A DNA stretch of 63,536 nt, filler included, from Rhabdomonas costata (lineage: Eukaryota), in assembly GCA_019059605.1 (NCBI GenBank). It is 30 parts of 30 records of this genome, joined end to end, with 100 filler letters (N's around TTAATTAATTAA, not from the genome) between each part and the next. Parts side by side here need not be neighbours in the genome. Positions count along the whole stretch, not along the records: positions 59,397 to 61,416 come from JAHMHO010006357.1; positions 61,517 to 63,536 come from JAHMHO010006358.1; 28 more parts are not named here. One strand, 5' to 3'. The notes under the pieces are model-generated. The model did no database searches. It was not told the origin of the DNA and worked only from the letters and a program-made list of their open reading frames with translations. The position numbers and the translations under genes are program-made. Below are positions 60,444 through 63,536 of the stretch, in pieces. Within the stretch, counting starts at the first letter, position 1; each line of letters begins with the position of its first letter.

Positions 60444-63400
60444 CTGGAGAGCAGCGGACGGGAGAGAATCCTGGAAGCGCTACGCTCATGCCTTCCCAAA
60501 CTTTTAAAGCTGAAGGTCTGTAACACAGGGCTCTGAACGGCGACTTTCATTTTGATGCTTCACTTTGTTTGTAGAAGGGTGAGGGAATGCCCCTGCTGCC
60601 CCGAGAATGGGGGGTTGGCCTGACATTCACGTTGGGCAATTGCTTGGGTCTCGCAGTAACACTTTGCGTGCGTGCTATGTGTGCATAAATTGTCTCTGGG
60701 AGACTTTCCTTCATTCGCCCAAATAAACCAGGCTTAAACAAAATTTCGCTTTACAACAGCTCCCCCCACATCATCATTACACGCGCTTACACACAAACAG
60801 ACGTGCCGCTTGGGACGAATATGTAAAAGCATTTTTTACGTAGTGAGCGGGGTACTTGTGAATGTGCGTAAGCAGCTTAGGGTGGTGGAGCACATGAACC
60901 ACTACATGTAGGGAGCATGCGGAGCGGAGCGGAGCATGCCGGAGCATGCGACCAGAAAAACACTCAAAGCCCCCACGACGTCACCTTACGTATCATCATG
61001 CCTTCACATCCTCACGGAGCATGGGTGCGTCAGCGACCACGCGTAGTAGCATGTATGTAGGGCATCGCAGATAGAGGTGGGTATCTGCTTGGGTTCCGCT
61101 TCTCTGTTCGCAGGTCTTGCTGTTGTGGTATCGCTGTCGTAGTCTCTAGGATTGGTGTGTGCTGTACTTGCTGTGGGCTTCTTACTGTAGGTGTCTCCGG
61201 GCCTTCTACTCACTGCCTCTTATCCATGTCACTCTTATCCTATGCGCGGTTCCTGTCTCTATTCGTGTGTGGTTCCTGTTGATGTTGTTCCCTCTGCTGT
61301 TGGTGTCAAATTCTGTGCTTGTGTCGTAGTCTGTCTGTGTGCAATGCTTGTGCTGTTCTTGTTGTAGTCGGAGGGTGTTGGTGTTGGAGTTGGCGTCGGA
61401 GGGAACAACACCAACCNNNNNNNNNNNNNNNNNNNNNNNNNNNNNNNNNNNNNNNNNNNNTTAATTAATTAANNNNNNNNNNNNNNNNNNNNNNNNNNNN
61501 NNNNNNNNNNNNNNNNGTGTTGGGTTGTTTGGGCTAATGCGAAGGGGGGTTTGGGGTGGTAATTGCATCGAATTTTCCGGTGCCAACTTGTCTTTCCGCT
61601 GGGCCCGTGGAGCCGCGCATGCCGACTGGAACAAGCAGAGCTGGTCGATGGCTCTCATTTCTACAAAAATTGGGCAAGTAAGGGAGGCAGAGGCTCCTCT
61701 CCGCCTGAAGATTAAAGTGCTTTCATAGAAAAGAAGCCCGGACAACCAACTGGACCCAGCTGCAGACCAAAGCGAAGACAATCCACTCTCCTCGAGTGCT
61801 TGGAGTCTTCGGGAAGTCTTCGGGAACCAACGGTAACGTTGGTGAGCATTTTCTTTGAAGCGGTGGGGAAAAAAGCCGAAAACCCCACAGTGTGCCCACA
61901 GTGCCCACAGTTCGAACCTTTACCTGTACCGCTCATTTAACCCCGACAACAAGGGGCACGGTGTACCCCTACCCCAACAACTCCCGCACGCCTTCTCACG
62001 GATCATAAAAAAAGGTTCGCTTAGAAAAACGTGGCAGTGGTTGTTTCCCATGAATTGGAAGCTCCCATGTTCAGTTTACTTAATTCAGAACGTGCCCACG
62101 TTGTTCAGGTGTGCAAAAGAGACGAGCTGTAGTTTTTGCGGGAGCCGGGGACCCCCCTCCCCAACAGCAATATGAGACCTGACAATATTCAAAGCTGTTG
62201 ATGCCGGGCTCACAGAATCGGGACAAGATGTATCGGTACCCTTAGTTTGAACGACAACGAAAAGGGTGAAAAATATTTTGAAGGGTGTTGTAAAAAAATT
62301 CAGCCTTGATCTTACGCGACGCCCACACGACGCTTTCTTCCCGACATTCCCATGTTTGCACGTCTTTTTTTCCGCTCGTGCATGTTTTTTCTGTCAACTT
62401 CTTGCGTGAAAATAGTGCTCTTCCTTCCTTTTTGTGTATTCGCTGTCCTCCGCCGTTGCGCATTTGTTCCGTTTCTCTTTTCCACTCTCCAATTCTTCGC
62501 TAACGGCTCGGTTTTTGCTCATTTTTGCTCGCCAAAGACTGCCCTCTTCACTTTCCAACTTCAGCATTTCTCCGACCCCTCTTCTGTTCTGATCTTCAGA
62601 TGGCGTTGCTGCTTGCAAAACTGTCGCTAAACTGTTCGTTCTGTTCCGAACCCGAGCCGTTGCAAAGCTCATGCGCCTGAGTGTCTACTGCCATCATTTT
62701 TCTTACGCTCGGAAAAAAAAAAGCAAAAAAGGTAACCAAGAGGGGCAGGTGAAACAATTTAAGGTCGGAGTAGATAAATACAACGAATGGCCGTGAATAA
62801 AACCTGAAAAAGACCAGTTAAATCTTGGCGAGGCAATTGGTCAGCCGCGATGAAAGCGCGGAGACCTGCTGTACTCGCCGTGGAGCTGTGCTTGATCGAA
62901 GAGAGCAAGGGCAAGGGTGTCCTCGCAGCTTCTCTCGCGCGTTTTCTGTACTTAAGCCTGGGACACCTGGGGGCAGGCAGAGAGTCCCGGCCTGTGTCTG
63001 GTGAGCCGGCAACCGATGCTTCGCCACGTAACCTCCTGTAAACTTGCCTCCAAGAAAGGCCACTGTAACCTCTCCTTCTTAACCTCCCAGAACGTGCACG
63101 TGAGGAACAGGACGTCCTCGAATTACCTGCTGCAGGACACCGTTCGGACTTGGTAGCATGAGAGTTCCGAGAGTGCAGGCTGAGGCCAGGTGCCACCTCG
63201 TGCGTGATTGAGACGTCGACGGCCGTTGGGTCAACAGTAGTGCGGCATCTGAAAAGGCGTCGAATTCCGGTGTTCCAAAAGTTAGAAAAAATTTCATCAA
63301 AAAGGGAGAGATTATTTTAGATGCGCAAAACCGATCACCCAAGAGCAAAAAGGCGGAATGAACAAAAAAAATACTTCAACGATTGCTACGACGTCCGATC

Positions 63401-63536
63401 ACCGAATTCTTTGTTTGGTCTTCGACTATGTATCCTACCAACAACCGCCTCGTGCCCAGGGTGGAAGTCAACGTTGCTTAAAACACACGAGGACCGATCC
63501 GCTATATGCCCCCACCCCCCCAAACACACCCACCAC

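Noticed and set aside
62677-62687. CTGAGTGTCTA, matching the core of the Euglena spliced leader
   Set aside because: Only 11 nt match, and the flanking T-run and GT donor of an SL RNA gene are absent. Compatible with chance.

Overview
This is not one locus. It is a concatenation of 30 unrelated, size-sorted contigs of about 2.02 kb, joined by an artificial 100-nt spacer (44 N + TTAATTAATTAA + 44 N). Most contigs begin with G/T-only and end with A/C-only sequence, which suggests primer remnants from GenomePlex/PicoPLEX-type whole-genome amplification of a single cell. The DNA is from an intron-rich microbial eukaryote using the standard code, with GT-AG introns and an unusual GTNY donor consensus. 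A euglenozoan (euglenid-like) origin is plausible but not proven. Most ORF-track entries are spurious. Exons stitched by hand give partial genes for RuvBL2, a TM9SF/EMP70 nonaspanin, a TIS11-type CCCH zinc finger, a hybrid histidine kinase, a Cache-type receptor, class III cyclase-like pieces, a VPS13-like C-terminus, a Tfc4/GTF3C3-like TPR protein, an AAAP transporter, and glycosyltransferase-like and methyltransferase-like proteins. There are also MITE-like inverted repeats and possible decayed retroelements. The stand-out feature is an intronless 501-codon ORF (40759-42264, minus strand) that fuses an F-box-like motif to a full-length divergent alpha-tubulin. It has lost the GTP-binding face but kept the opposite polymerisation face and the C-terminal Tyr, making it a candidate tubulin-mimic SCF substrate receptor. 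A second theme is exons of opposite-strand genes interleaved within each other's introns. All family calls come from motif recognition by eye; no database search was run.
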